This document shows positions 9,948-23,674 of a stretch of DNA of 64,000 bases, one piece after another; positions within the stretch are counted from its first letter, which is position 1; every line of letters starts with the position of its first letter. Below the pieces are notes generated by a model. The model did not search any database. It saw nothing but the letters and a program-made list of their open reading frames with translations, and was not told where the DNA came from. The position numbers were made by a program, and so were the translations under genes. This stretch comes from Cycas panzhihuaensis (lineage: Eukaryota; Plantae; Cycadophyta), in the NCBI GenBank assembly GCA_023213395.1, contig CM041465.1, forward strand, positions 131,137,741 through 131,201,740. The letters are read 5' to 3'.

Positions 9948-12900
9948 TCATGCATAGAATTTCTTAAGGAATTTCATGTTAATGGCTTTCTTGAATTCAA
10001 GACCTTCCAGGGTGGTGATCCTATAAGCATCGTTATTGAGACTCTCGAGAACGACAAAGGGGCCAACCCATTTGGGTATGAATTTGGTCAAGTGGTCATG
10101 GAGATATTCTAGTTTGAGGACTTGGTCCCCGGAATACAAAGGACGAGAACAAAGATGTTTATCGTAGGTCCTTTGTGAGCGGGCCTGAGAAGCGAGGTTC
10201 GCCTAGTGAGCGGCCAAGCGTCTCTCATCTAAGGCTTTGAGGTCTAAGAGGCGAGCTTGGCGGATAGACTCCTCATCGATAAGACCTCGAAGAGAAACTC
10301 ATAGAGAAGGAATCTCCACTTCCAATGGGAGTACCGCCTCAATTTCGTAGACTAGGGAGAAGGGTGTCATTCCCGTAGCCGTGCAGATAGAGGTGTGATA
10401 TGCCCATAGGGCAAAAGGGGGCCAGAGGTACCAATCTCTTTGAGATTGGGTAACAGTTTTCTTTAGGATATTGATGAGGGTTTTATTGAATGATTCAACC
10501 TGGCCATTGGCCTAGGGATAGTAAGGAGAGGAAGTTTTATGAGAAATGTGGAATTTCTCGCAAAGCTCATCTATCTCCTTATTGCAAAAGGGAGTTCCAT
10601 TGTCTGTGATCAAGACATCGGGAACCCCAAAGCAGCAGATGATATGCTCGTAGATGAAAGTAGTTATCATCTTACTAGGAGTGGTAGTCAAAGGAATGGC
10701 TTCTGCCCATTTAGTAAAGTATTCTATCGCAGTCAAGATAAACTTATACTACAACGAAAAGGATGGGGTTATGGCTCCAATGAGGTCCAACCCCCATTAG
10801 GAAAAGGGCCATGGAGATATAATGGGATGCAGTGCATCGGAAGGCAAGTGAGTGATGTTGGCATGCTCCTGGCAACACCGACATCTCAAGGCATAAGCAT
10901 GGGCATCCTTGAGAGGGACGGGTAATAATATCCCGTATGGAGGATCCTTTAGGCCATGGATTGGCCTCTAAAGTGGCCCCCACAAATGTTGTGGTGGCAT
11001 TCATAGAGTATCTGGTCCACCTCATCAGGAGTGATGCAACGGAGAAGGATCCCATCAAAGGATCTCTTATATAATACCTTACCCATAAGAAAGTATTGTC
11101 TGGTAGTTGCCCAAATATGAGCCCTAACTTTACCACTAGCATCAGGGTGATACTGTTGTTGAATGAGATATTACATGATGTCCCCATACCACTCGCTATC
11201 AGTAAGCAAATGGGAAGGAGAATCCTGAATGGCTAAGATAGGCTTATCAGGAAGAGAGTCATCAACTGGAAGGTCCAAAGGGTTCAGAATAGGAGTGTCT
11301 GCAAGCTATTCAGCCACTGCCATTCCTTTCTTTGATTTCCTGTTAACGATATGAAGGTCAAATTCTTGAAGGAGGACAGCCCAGTTGCCATTCCTACTTG
11401 TCAAGTCAGGTCGGGTAAGCAAATAGCATAGGGGATCAGATTGAACGATCACCCGAGTAGTGTTTCCAAGTAAGTAATGCCTAAACTTCTTGGTTGCATA
11501 TACCAAGGAGAGGTATTCTTTCTCTGCAGGAGAGTAGTTGAGTTCGGTAGCCATGAGGGTGCAGCTGATGAAGTAAATAGCTCTCTCGGGTCCCAAATCA
11601 TCCTCCTGGGCTAGCATAGTGCCCAGAGATTCATCGGTTGCTGAGGTATATAGGATGAAATGCCTATCAAAGAGGGGCAGCGCTAATGTTAGGGTAGAAG
11701 TGAGAGCTTCCTTAAGTTCTTAGAAAGCTTATTGGGCCTTGGAAAACCAAACAAGTGGTGCCCCCTTCTTTAATAGGTTAGTGAGTGGTTTGGCATTTAT
11801 AGCAAAGATTGCCAAAAAATGCCTGAGGAAGCCAAGCCTACCTAAAAACGACTTAATCTGCCATTATGTTTTAGGAGGTGGCATGTCAAGGATGGCCTTG
11901 ACTTTATTAGGGTCAATTTGGATTCTTTGTCTGGATACAAGGAAACCAAGGAGTTTGCCAGTGGTCACGGCAAACACACACTTAAGAGGATTAAGGCTTA
12001 CATGGTATTTGCAGTATCATGCAAAGATGGCCCATAAATCAGTAAGGTGATGGGCTCTAACGTATGAGAGACCCATCATGTTGTCCATGAAGACCTCCAA
12101 GGATTTGTTGATGAGATCGTAGAAAATGAATTGCATCCCCCTTTGATAAGTGGCACCTGTATTCTTGAGTCTGAAAGGCATCACCTTATAGGCGAAAGTA
12201 CCCCACGGAGTAGTAAAAGCTGTCTTGTGATGGTCTTCAGGAGAGATTTAAATTTGGTTATAGACGGAGAAGCTGTCCATTAAGGACATAACTTCGAAAC
12301 TGGTGGTTTGATTGATGATTTGGTCGATAAAAGGAAGTAGGAAATTATCCTTAGGATATGCATTGCTGATATCATAGAAATTAATGCATATCTAGATTGT
12401 CCCATTCTTTTTAGCATCGGGGATAAAGTTAGATACCTATTTAGGGTTATCAATGGAAGTGATCAATCTTACATTGAGGAGTTTTTCAATTTCCATCTTA
12501 ACAGCAGTTGAGAGCTTAGGGTGAAGTGGACATTGCTTCTAACGCACCGGGTGAGTGCCAGGAATAGTAGTAAGGTTGTGGGTCACAATTGAAGGATCAA
12601 TTCCCTTCATATCAGAGTAGTCCCACACAAAAACATCTTGAAACTCCTGGAACAGAAGGGTATACTCCTTCACTTCATCAGGAGTGCATTCTACCCCAAC
12701 CTTAATGACTTTGCCAGGGGCAAGGACTATGTCCTGGGTTGCCCCCATGCACATGGTATTCGCCTCCTCAAAGTGGAGGGGGGCTTGGTCAACAGGAAGA
12801 GATGGAATAAGGGATGAAATTGCATCAACGAGAGAAGACCCAATAGCCAAGACCTTCTGATAACCAAGCCTATGGTGACGAGAATGAAGGTTGGACGTAA

Positions 12901-14119
12901 AGCCCACTAAGTGCTAAAGAAGAGCTTCGTCATTCTCAAAGTAGTCCATCCCATGGATGGTCATACTTCGAGAAGACAAAGGGTGAGGGGAAGTAGAGAC
13001 AGCGGGACCATGGTGGTCGTCACACCACTCGATGTTCCTGATAGAATCCCTAGAAGAGCTAGAAAAAGGTCCCTCATAAGGGATAAGAGGAGGCTCCCCA
13101 ACTTCATTGCTTATGTGCAGCAACAAAGAGGAAGACTCAAGGAGCTCCTGATCGATAAGGGCAATAACATAAAATACAAGAGGAGAACTAGTTTCTCCTA
13201 TTGTAGGGGTTTTAGAGTGGGATCTAGAATGAATGAGGTGCCCCCTACTCATGCCCAGAAGGGAAACAGGGTGAGGGAGGTCCTCATCCTCACCATCAAA
13301 CTCATTGTCACTAAGGATGGCAAGGTACTCGTAACTTCTGACACCAATAGAAGTGAACCGTGTGAGGTTGGAAGAAGAGGATAAAGGGTCTTCCTCCAAG
13401 TGGCATGAGTCAGGGATGTCAATAGAATAAGCCAAGGCATGTACAGAAAGGCCTTTGTCGCCTTTCGTTTAGCCATGAGATGCTTGACAGGGTTGACATG
13501 GTTGTTTGATAGGAGGAAGCTCCTGGGAGATGACTCTCATTCGCCCTCCATAGACGAATTTGAGTTGTCCCTAGCAAGATGAGCACACGGCTCCTATTTG
13601 ATCGAGCCATGGGCATCCCAACAACAGATTGTAGTCGATATCAACGTCGAGGACTACAATATCAGTAAGAATAGTCTTGTCCTCGAGAGTAAGTGGAATA
13701 GACATCAATCCCAGGGGTGTCTTTTCGCTACCACCGTAGCCTTAGAACCACAATGGAACTGGTTCTAAAGCAGAAATACCAAGCTCTTGTATAACACGTA
13801 AGGCCATAGCATTAACGGAAAAACCCTTGTCAACAACGGTTCTTCGTAAAGTACGATCTAGAGTATCAATGGTAATAGTGAAAGGGAAGTGCCATTGGTG
13901 CTTCCTTTCACTAGCAGGGGAAAGATCCTTAGGATCAAAGGAAATGACAGGTTCACGACTCGAGGTAACTCCCAAAGCATGAATGGGCACGTCATCTAAT
14001 CTTAAGGCCTCTAAGAGTAATGTACATTGCTCAGGGCAACTCCTCAAGATGTCCATAATGGACATTTCGGCAGCCACGGTATGGAGCTCATCAACAACCA
14101 AAAAAGGCTTCTCCTTCAT
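9948..14119 (-). pseudogene. pol: B pol: protease (~14119-13560), RT (~12740-11700), RNase H (~11690-11290), integrase (~11200-9948)
   Basis: RTVVDKGFSVN; FQDVFVWDYSDMKGIDPSIVTH; YKVMPFRLKNTGATYQR; ELNYSPAEKEYLSLVYATKKFRHYL; EYFTKWAEAIPL, LITDNGTPF; KWVGPF. Confidence 0.93.
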
Positions 14120-14299
14120 GTTAGGTTGGGGAAGGGCTCTTCGAAAGTCGCAGTGACTAGGTTATACAGGAATGGTCTTGGGGAGTTTGGGGGCTTCTGA
14201 AAAAGAAGTTTTCAGAAGAGGGTCAGGATGAGATATAGACGAAGAGGCACTAGTGGCCTCTTTAGCAGCTTGAGACCGGGTTAAGGCATACAATGGGGT

Positions 14300-16565
14300 G
14301 GTCTCAAGCAACTGAACAACCTTCTTTTCCTTATTCCAGGATCATGAAGGTGAAGGGGTGTGTCGACCAGGAGAACCTAAGGAAGAGGATAAATTCTGGG
14401 CACACTTCCCTTTGGCTTGAGAAGAGCGAGGATTATGAGACCTTCCTCGGTTTCAACTATTCTTCTATTGGGAGTTACAGTCACACTCCCCATGCTTGGG
14501 GAAGGGATCTCAATCGACTGGTTGGTCTATATTAGGCCTTAAGGCCCATTTGGGAGAGGAGTCACATTGTGGGGCATCCCTAAGATGTTGAACCTGGCAA
14601 TGCAAATCATCATGGAAGCATTCTCCTTGGACGGAGTACCAATTCTTCTCAAGGGAAGAATCAGATTTCCTCACTTGAGAGGATTGGGTGTTACCGCCCC
14701 TTGAATGAGCAACTTGTGAAACCTCGTGAACATGTTTGTTGGATGTGGGTGATGAAGGATCTTAAAGCTTGAGTTCCTTCATCGTACATTCAAATGAACA
14801 TATAGCTGAAGTAAGGGGATCTAGAGTCTTCTTAGTGGAATGGGAAAAAGACTTAGTAGGTTGTTGAGATTTAGTTTCTTTTGGTGGTGGTGGTACCTCA
14901 CATCGCTGTGAAGACTTAAGAGGCTTATTGAGTCCAGCCTAGATCTCAAAGGCCTCTAGTGCCAAGCACTTCGTATAGTGGAGTCACACATAGTCTCCCC
15001 CATCTTAAGGACTTCTACATAAACTTCTAGACAAAGGGCACTGACAAAAAGGTCTCTCTTCAACTCCTTAGGCAAAGTAGCCTTAGTGGAGTGAAGAAGG
15101 TCATGGAATTGCCGCATAAAGTTACGATTCATCTCATCATGGCCTTGTTTAAGTGACAGGAGGGATTTCATTCCACTCTGAAATGGGCGAGCTACGTCAA
15201 AATAGCTAACGAACTCATCCACGAGTTGCTAGAATGAATGAATAGAATGTGTGGGTAGGTGATAAAACCACTTGAGGGCAACACCTTAAAGGGATCATGG
15301 AAATAATTTTATAAGGATGTGATCGTAGGCCCAGTAGTCGATGCATGCCATAGAGAAACTATGAACATGCTCTGTTGGATCCTACGATGAAGTCCCATCG
15401 AATTTAGGAACTTCCAAGGGATGAGGCAGTAAGTTGATCTTTAGTGCTTCAATGGACAAGGGTATCGATCTATAATCTATAAAGGGACATGCCCTTATCT
15501 GGATCATAAGATCGATAAGGGATGAGGAAGGTAATGAGTAAGGAATAGATGGGAGTGGAGCGGATGGGGGTGGAGGGCCCATCCCTCCTTGAGGAAACAT
15601 CCTTTGCTAGAAAGGGGCTTGAGGGAAGGCACCTTGAAAAGGAGTTAGGCCTCCTTGTGAAGGTGCGATGTAAGGTGCTACACAAGATAGCGGAAAAGAG
15701 GGGTAAGGGACCGGATTCTGCCCATATGGGCTACCTGTAGGTGGCGTGACCCCATATGGGTGCAAAGGGTCTGCCCCATAAATAGGAAGGTGGTTCCCTT
15801 TACCATACCCCCATGGCTGAGATGTATAGCCTAGAGGTACATAAAGGGAAGGCCACTAGACTGAGTTTGAGAGCATGTGAATACAGGTCCCACATAACTA
15901 GAAGTATGGGTGTAGACAGGTCCCCTAGGTTTAATAGGAAATGTGTGTGCCACGTTTGGAGGTGGTGTATTCATTTGGCTAGGGAGAGGCAAGGTAACCC
16001 CAAGCTGGGAGAAAGACATACCTCGAGTGGTCCCAGAAGAGTTGGGGCTACAAAGATAGGTAGAGGATGTAACGAACATCCCTAAGGTGGATGTGGGAAT
16101 CGAACGAGACGGATGCGATGGGATAAATGGGTTACTCATTGTAGGTGGGGTAGATGTGGATGAAGAAGGTGCCCCACCACACAAGATGTCTTCAAACCAT
16201 TTAGGATATGGTTGAAGGTGAGCAGTGCGAAAGCACGTGTTAAGAGCTTCAACCACATCGGCGGGAGGGGTATCTGCATGATTGCAAGAGGTAGATGGAA
16301 CCTCGAATGAGGTGGACCTCTAAGGACGCTCCTCGTAAGAGTCACTACCTTAGTGATAGAACTCGAGAGAAGAGGAAACCTCCACTTCGTGAGTGGAGGG
16401 ATGGGAATCATGTGGGTGTTGTTGGTTACCCAGATAATAGATAGGGTCTTCACCCTCTTGAGTGGACCCTGGGAAAGAGGTAAGAAACTCGTGGGCTCTA
16501 GAGGTGAAGGCATGGTATGCCCAATTCGAAGGATACCCCTCCATGGTCGAATCAGAATCTGACAA
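14300..16565 (-). pseudogene. gag: B gag
   Basis: Pro-rich N-terminus, LEVPKFDGTS, ALKWFYHL, LLSLKQGHDEMNRNFMRQFHDL; stops and frameshifts. Confidence 0.8.
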
Positions 16566-16782
16566 CGGAAGGGAGTGGTATGCAGGATCTTCTTACAATG
16601 GAGGAAGACCTTGTAGGCGATGTGAGAAACGTTGTATACAAGACTTACCAATGTGTTAGAAGAGAATGAGGAATGAAGGTGGTGTAGGTGTTGGGGCTGC
16701 CCAACGAAACCAAAGGAGGAGAACTACCAAGAGGTAGTAGCACCAATAAGAAAGGGAATAAGACTAATCCCCTACTGGCGGG

Positions 16783-16800
16783 TCCCCAGTATGGTCGCTA
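16783..16800 (-). promoter_or_regulatory. B primer-binding site, tRNA-Arg type
   Basis: TAGCGACCATACTGGGGA on -, 1 nt after the LTR end; resembles the Tat/Ogre tRNA-Arg PBS TGGCGACTCCACTGGGGA. Confidence 0.75.
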
Positions 16801-16801
16801 G

Positions 16802-19729
16802 TGGAATCACGTCTATGGGATGGTAACTACACTCAATAAAGATCGAGGTAATTGACGATATGTATCAGAATAAGAATGTGATCCTATAAGTGGAGGAAAC
16901 ACCTGCACAGGGCATCTGTGTGTCAAAACGTAGTTTCGGGACCCACAAATGGTGCACGACTTCCTCAAGGTAGTTTGGTTCTTTTGGCTCAAAGGGACAA
17001 GACACACATAAGGTATCTTGGATGACCCTAGAAGACGAGGTCACCCCACCATTCGATGGCCAGAAGGAAGAGGAGAGACCCATGGAGGAAAGGAGTTCCT
17101 TTGGGTGAGGAATGTAGCACAAGCATGATAGACACCGGTGAGTGGTAAGGGAGTGCGAGATAAGCACGAATAGACCTCCCTAGGCTAACTAACCTAAGCC
17201 AGGTCTAAGTGGAAGAAGTAACGACAAGAGTGGTATCCTTGCCACTATGTAAATGAAAGGGACCGAAGCCCCAGCAAGAATAATGAAGGTTGTGTGTGTT
17301 GGTTGGGTATGTGAAATGTGGGAAAGAGACGACAAAAAGTGATATCGTGTGTGTTCACAGAAGGAACTATGAACTACACTCCCTCCCTCTCTCTTTTCCT
17401 TTTTCAACAATAAAAGATAAAGAAAAAAATGTCTCATGCACACTAAGATGATGCCCAACTAAGGGATGCATGTGGTTTAGGTAAGAGAAAGGAGAGGGGC
17501 ACAATTCCTATAATGCACTCTTTCCTATAAAGGCAATTGTGCTGCATGCATGTGCAAGATGAATGCAAGAGTGTATGCCTAATAAAAGCAAAAAAGGAAA
17601 AGACTATGTGAAGGGATGTGATGCATACCCAGAAAGTCGCGTGGCCGATGGAGAAACTTCGCTCGTGTGCCATATACGTCCTCTCATCTTTGCTCAATAT
17701 GTAGTCATCATTGAGGCAGAGATGGAGTGGGGCTTCCTTACCTTCCTTGTATGAAAAGAGAAACAAATTAGAAAAGGACAAAATGAAGCTAACAACCATG
17801 CAAGAAAGTGGGAAACCAAAGAAAGAAAAGAGAGCAAGGGCTTACCCAAATTAGAGCGCTCCTTTCCCCTCGCAAGTGCTACCACAAAACTTGTAACCAC
17901 AAAGATCTTCGCCCTACCGAGAGGGGCTACCAACAAGCAAACCCGATATATATGCAATAATATAAAAGTAAAGTGCTGAAATATAATGTTTAAAGTTAGT
18001 TAGTCCACCACCAAAACAACTCTACAAGTCCTCAAGGAAAACACTAACGTGTGCCAAGCAAGAGGAGGTTAGCCTCAGAATGGCTAGCCCTGCGGCAAAT
18101 GCACCTCCACGTTGCCCTTAGGTGTAGGGTACAGTGAATTAGGACAACCTATGGGCAGTATATGGGAAGAGAATGAATGTTGTAAAGTTTGTGGATGTTA
18201 CCTATGTTGCAAACATGTTACCGGCAGTAAGTTGTAACATAGGTTATACCAAAGCTAGAAATGGATATTAGGTGTTGTTTGGGGCTGAAAGAGATGCCCA
18301 AAAAGAGGTGTATAGGCCTGAGATCAGCGCAGCAAGGGCTACACATGCTGATACCCAGCGCAGGCCCAATCCCAAGGACTCTTGGGTGGCCCAAGGAAGG
18401 CACAAGTGAGGGAGAGGAAGGAGGAGAAGGGGTTTGCCCTTGAGGAGCAGGCCTAATGGGAACGGATCTTGCCTTGCTTCCTTTCACACCCCCCTTATGA
18501 ACCCTCTCCTGCAGCCTCCTTAGAAAAAACTAGGGGAGGATGAGGGATGGCAAGATTACAGGAAATAGTGAATGGAAAAAATGCTTCTCTATACAGTAAA
18601 ACATAAGGAAAAGAATTATATACTTAAAGAACTCACTTTTGCAAGGTAAACCTAAGGCAAAAGGGTGAAACAATGATGAGGAATACCTACTAGGCTGCAT
18701 GGGGAGCAGGTCTACTCCTGTAGACAGTAAAAAATAGTAGGCTTGGAGAGCTTACAGGGTGTCTCTTAGTTCCAAGAGGAATAACCTTGCTAAAAGTTGA
18801 AGGAAGAGTGTGGAGGCCACACCTAGGCGCGGATCCTTGCTCGGAGGCATTGGTTGAAGAGTTTACTACCATAAACCAGTGTTGCAATAGGCAGATCTCG
18901 GGCTAGTACATCAGAAACTCAAGTGTTGCAGGCATTTATGTAGAGCATTCTTGTGAGAAGAGGAGAAGAGAGCAAAAAGAGGTGTTGGAAGAGACACGAA
19001 AATGAGGATTTTTGGGCTTTATACCCAACCCTAGCCCTAATCGAACGATTAAGGTTAGGTTGGAGCTTGGTTGGTAACTAATTCACATTGCAATTCTATG
19101 AGAAATATGAGAATTGCCATGGCTAATTAGAAAAATAGTGGTAAACAGTCACACCATGATAAACTTTGCAGTACCATTAAGTTTACAGTGGTACGGGACC
19201 ATAATCCAATAAAAAGAAAGATAGGGGTCCTAGGAGCCCTAAAAGAGGATATTCTAGGCCTACGAGCGGATGACCCTCTTATCCAGGTGGCTAGGGATAG
19301 TCCAAGTAAGTAAATCGACTAAACCATATAGGGTATCAAGAGGTAGGGTTCCTCGAAATACTATCGAAGGGCACAAAATATCCACTACTCCTAGAGAAAA
19401 GCTAGGGGTTATGGTAGGTGACAAGGGTGTGAGCAGATCACACAAGTTTGTTGAAGCTTGAGGCAACATGGAGGTGATGCAAAGGGTTGTAGAGCACCAT
19501 GGGGATGCATACCTAATGGAGAGGCAGGCCTTGCGGGTTGTCATAAGCTAGGGGCATGCGACATGATCAAGCAAGATGCATAATCAACCGTGAAAATGAG
19601 CCAATCAATTATGAAATTCAAATAATACTTCAATCTACAATCTCTGAAGTGACTAAGATGGGAGAGAGAAGTGTACTTGTGCTTATCTGAGTCGATCCAT
19701 CCATACCCATTCCTGGTAGCTGGGAAACA
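16802..19729 (-). repeat. B 5' LTR (2928 bp)
   Basis: TG..CA termini, adjacent PBS, colinear with 5437-8432. Confidence 0.95.
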
Positions 19730-19754
19730 TGGACCAAATTGAGAAACTAGTATT

Positions 19755-20150
19755 ATGACCCCCTTAAAAATAGACTTGGTTGACCTTAGAGTCCCAATAA
19801 CTCTCTTTGGGACAATAATTTGTAGAACTATTGTGGATGGGGGTTCAGAAGTGAATGTACTCCCAGAAGCAACATGGATCTCTCTAAGACAGCCAAAAAT
19901 GGTTTCCCCAGATTATGCAATAAGGTTAGCAAACCAATTACAAGTAAGGCTGATGGGAACCTTACTGGAAATCCCAACAACGATTATAAGTATTATAGTT
20001 CATTTGGATTTTGTAGTGGTAAGAATATAAAACCACAAGAAAACTTACCCAGCTCTACTTAGAAGGCCCTAGTTGTTGGCTACAGATGTATTACAAGACT
20101 AAGGAAGATTAACTTTCACTCTTCATGCTACAGGAAAGAAAGTAATATTG
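19755..20150 (+). pseudogene. A aspartic protease
   Basis: RTIVDGGSEVNVLPEATW...IRLANQLQVRLMG...LDFVVV...ALLRRP*L. Confidence 0.88.
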
Positions 20151-20469
20151 CCTCTATGTTTGGATGGACCTCACATTGAAAATGTAGAAGATGTAGAAAC
20201 AGGATATGTAACAACACCATCACTAGCAACTACAACAAGCCCCTATTCAGAGATAGTATTTTAAGCATTCAAAACCCCACCTCATCTGCTGAGTGAAGCA
20301 TCATCGATGTACATGTTAGACTGGCTATAGATGGTATGGGAAGGAGCAGGAGAAAAAACTTCAAACGGTTATCATCTAGAGTTATGCCAGGAAGAAGAAG
20401 CAAAAGGAGAAGCTAAACTTGTTGCACAAATTAAGCATCAATTGGAAGATTCAGGTAACTTTGACAAAC

Positions 20470-20900
20470 TTGAGGAGTTACCTTAGTATGAAGGAGAAAG
20501 AGGGAAAGCAGAAGAACATGTAAAAAGTTTTGCTAATTTCTTCAGAAATAAAATTGATAATTGGTTGTACTTATTTGCTTTGACTTTGAATGGACAAGCT
20601 TTGGCTTGGTATAAAATACATCATAATCATTTTGTTGATTGGATAGAATTAAAGAGATTGTTTTTAATTCACTTTCAAAATTTGAATGATGAGTTCCTAG
20701 TATTTTGGAAAAATTCCAAACAACATATAGAAAGTTGTGTAAATATATGGCATAGGGAGCACATACCTAAAATGGAATGGGCACACTATTTTCCCATATC
20801 CCTTAGAGGTACCAGTTTGAATTAGTACTAAAAGGTAGAGGAAAACAACAACAGAACTAGAATTAGGAAGAAATAGTTAAGGGACTTTTACAAACTTTTA
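20470..20900 (+). pseudogene. Two tandem capsid(Gag)-like domains between protease and RT of A
   Basis: LP*YEGERGKAEEHVKSF...LFALTLNGQALAWY...FVDWIELKRLFLIHF, then KQHIESCVNIW...EWAHYFPISLRGTSLN*Y. Both repeat the F..(T/S)L.G.A..WY retrotransposon Gag motif. Confidence 0.7.
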
Positions 20901-21079
20901 CCAATTCTGAAGCAAGTTAAAAAGACTATTATTAGATGGAAAAATAAGAAGAGAGAGATGAAAGAAATTTTCCCTCATCTTATTCTTCTATAGAATATAG
21001 CAGAAACGAAATCTGTAAGACCCTTGCATATAAGTTAAAGTTGAATGGGAAGACCATCCAGAGGAATGAGCTCCGGTTG

Positions 21080-22276
21080 AGAAAAAATAACATTAGATCA
21101 TAAAAGGATCCTAAAATGATAACTATAGGGGATTATTGGGAACTTGAGATAATGCACCAAGCAACAAGGCTTTTCATCAAATATAGGGATGTTTTTACGT
21201 GGTCCTATAAGGACCTAAAGGGGATACCCCCTAAGATTGGAGAACATAGGATTGTCTTACTAGAAAATACAAAACCAGTAAGACAAAGACCCTATGGAAT
21301 AAATCCCAGATATAAGGAATAGGTGAAACTGGAATTGGATAAATTATTTGAAGTAGGATACATCTTCAAGGTCAAAAATAGCGAGTGGATAAGCCCAATA
21401 GTAGTTGTACCCAAAAAGAATTGAAAACTACAAGTATGTGTGGATTATAGGGCCTTAAATAAGGTAACAAAAAGAGACCCATTCCTAATTCCTTTTATAG
21501 AAGATGTCTGAGAAAAGGTTTCCAGACATGAAGTATTTTCTTTCACAGATGGATTCAGTGGTTCTAATCAAGTCTAGATCGCTACAGAAGACTAGTTGAA
21601 ATTCACATTTGTGACAGAATGGGGTATGTATACATATAGAGTAATGCCCTTTGGGCTCACCAATGCACATGCCAATTTTCAAAGAATAATCTTGAATATT
21701 TATTGAGAATTGGTAGGGAAGGCAATTGAAGTCTTTTTGGATGACTGGACGATATACAGTAGGCTAAAAAACCATCTAATTCAATAAAAAATGATGTTGG
21801 ACTTATGTAGGAAAAGTCAACTATGCTTGAATCCAAAAAAATGTACCTTCATGGTATCATTTTAGCTCCCTATTGGGCCATATTGGGACCAAAGAAGGGC
21901 TTTTGATTGACCCAGAAAAAGTAGAAGTTATCCTCAACTTTCCAGTACCTCAAAACTCTAAGAAATTAAAGGGATTTCTAGGTATAATAAGGTACTACCA
22001 TAAATTTATACAGGGATATGCCCAAATTGCTTATCCCTTATAATCATTATTGAAAAAAGTAAAAAGCTGGGAATGCTCACTAAAGTAATAGATGGTATTT
22101 GAATTTTTGAAGAAGAAAATAACAAAGTCCCATATACTTAGATTTCTATATTAGAGTAAGCCCTTTTATATTCATGTAGATGCTTCACTAAATGTAATCG
22201 GCTGTGTATTGGCTCAACTAGCAGATGAGAAAGTGGATCTTCCTATTGCATTTGCAAATAAGAAATTAACAATAGT
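21080..22276 (+). pseudogene. pol: A reverse transcriptase and RNase H N-terminal part
   Basis: YRDVFTWSYKDLKGIP, VCVDYRALNK, FSFTDGFSGSNQV, YRVMPFGLTNA, EVFLDDW, FYIHVDAS, PIAFANKKL. Confidence 0.93.
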
Positions 22277-23674
22277 TGTAGTGATCCTATACCACATGTT
22301 AGAGAGGGCTATGACCCTCTATCATATGATAGTTAATAGGATTGGTTGACATAAAGGTAGGAATATAATAATATAGGGGTGAGTTTTATATATACCCTAC
22401 TCTATTATAAAGAGAGGAGAATATGATACAATGATATATTAATGGATGTTCTTCAGAACCCTACCTTCGTCTTTCATCTTATTTCTTCTATTTCTCTTTA
22501 TATTTCTTTATATTGATTTGGTTACAGGATTAGTCATGTACCAAGTGGTATCAAATCCATTTTCTAATCCATACAAGAGCTAGGGATCCATTTTTTTGCC
22601 AATTTTTTTTCTTTTCTAAGGTTTTTGGCGTATGGAAGTTTTACTCGTTGGGGAAAAAAATGAAAGATTCTTGAATAAGAATCAGAGAATTAGAGACAAA
22701 AGGGCCCATGCCATCAATTTTGAGTGGTCACAGTGCTGATTTTGGTAAAAAGTTGTAGAAATTTTAGCTGATTTAATTTCAACCTACTTTTCCATCGTCG
22801 TATTTTTGGGACATATCTGCAACCTCAACTTCAAAGAGCCATAACTTTAGCTGCAGGTATCCAAATGACTTCAAATATTTTTTGATTCCATGCATTTTTA
22901 AATTTTCTTTCTAATGGACATGTTTGAGGTCAATCAGAGGTTAGATCAGAGAGTTATTTCCATTTTATTAGAAGGTACTATTATAGCCCTTAAAAACCCT
23001 AATAACAAATTTCTTAAATGACCATATCTTTTGATCTAGCTATTAGAATTTGATTCCATCTAAACTATTAAAATCATATTTTAGTGGCCCTAATTTTTAT
23101 CCATATTTTATATACTTTCGAGCTTTTTTTTTTTCAAAATTAAAATTTTAAAGTTAAAGTTCCATATTATATTAAGGCCTAATATCTCCTTTTTGTATTA
23201 AAATTGGGGGATAGCTGGCTATAGACACCCTCTAATCTCTCCCATATATATATATTATTATAGGTCCAAAAAGGTCCATACCTCGTACATTTAATATTGA
23301 CGGGACTCTTTATGTAGATGATTGGGTTGAAGATATGTATCTATATTTAAAATCACTTGATGATAACTACATGTGCAACGAGGAGATAACTAAAGTAGCC
23401 TCATTATATCTACAAGGAGAGGCTTATCTTTGGTTTAAAGATTGGTATAATATAGCTTGTTTTTGTAATATATTTTATTGGCTAGAACGAGCTATTTGTA
23501 AGAAATATAATGGTTCTTGGTGGAAGGAGATGAAAAACCTTAAACAAGACAAATAAGAAGCCTACAAAATGCTTGAGAAGTATAATCAAAAGGTGGAACA
23601 AGGAATTCTCCCCACTCCTCGAATTCAAAAGCAAAAGAAAGATGATGAAGGAGAAAAGAAGTACTAGGGTAACA
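22277..23674 (+). mobile_element. Element C: truncated gag-only LTR element with a single LTR, related to H, inserted in A RNase H
   Basis: LTR 22277-22543 (TGTAGTGATCCTATACCACATG...GTACCA); PBS TGGTATCAAA at 22546; gag remnant about 23270-23560 (KVASLYLQGEAYLWF); flanking (A)TAGT duplication. Removing it restores AFANKKLTIVE*NYTVIERKGL. Confidence 0.85.

Larger units (their letters stand above)
5437..19729 (-). mobile_element. Element B: Tat/Ogre-like Ty3/gypsy LTR retrotransposon with ~3-kb LTRs, inserted between gag and protease of A
   Basis: LTRs 5437-8432 and 16802-19729; perfect TSD TGGAC (5432-5436, 19730-19734); PBS 16783-16800; PPT GCCAAGGGGGCAA on - at 8433-8445; gag-PR-RT-RH-IN on -. 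Confidence 0.95.

Noticed and set aside
10539-16659. Plus-strand ORFs inside element B (for example 12911-13384, 11739-12050)
   Set aside because: They are antisense shadows of the - strand gag-pol, with no motifs of their own.
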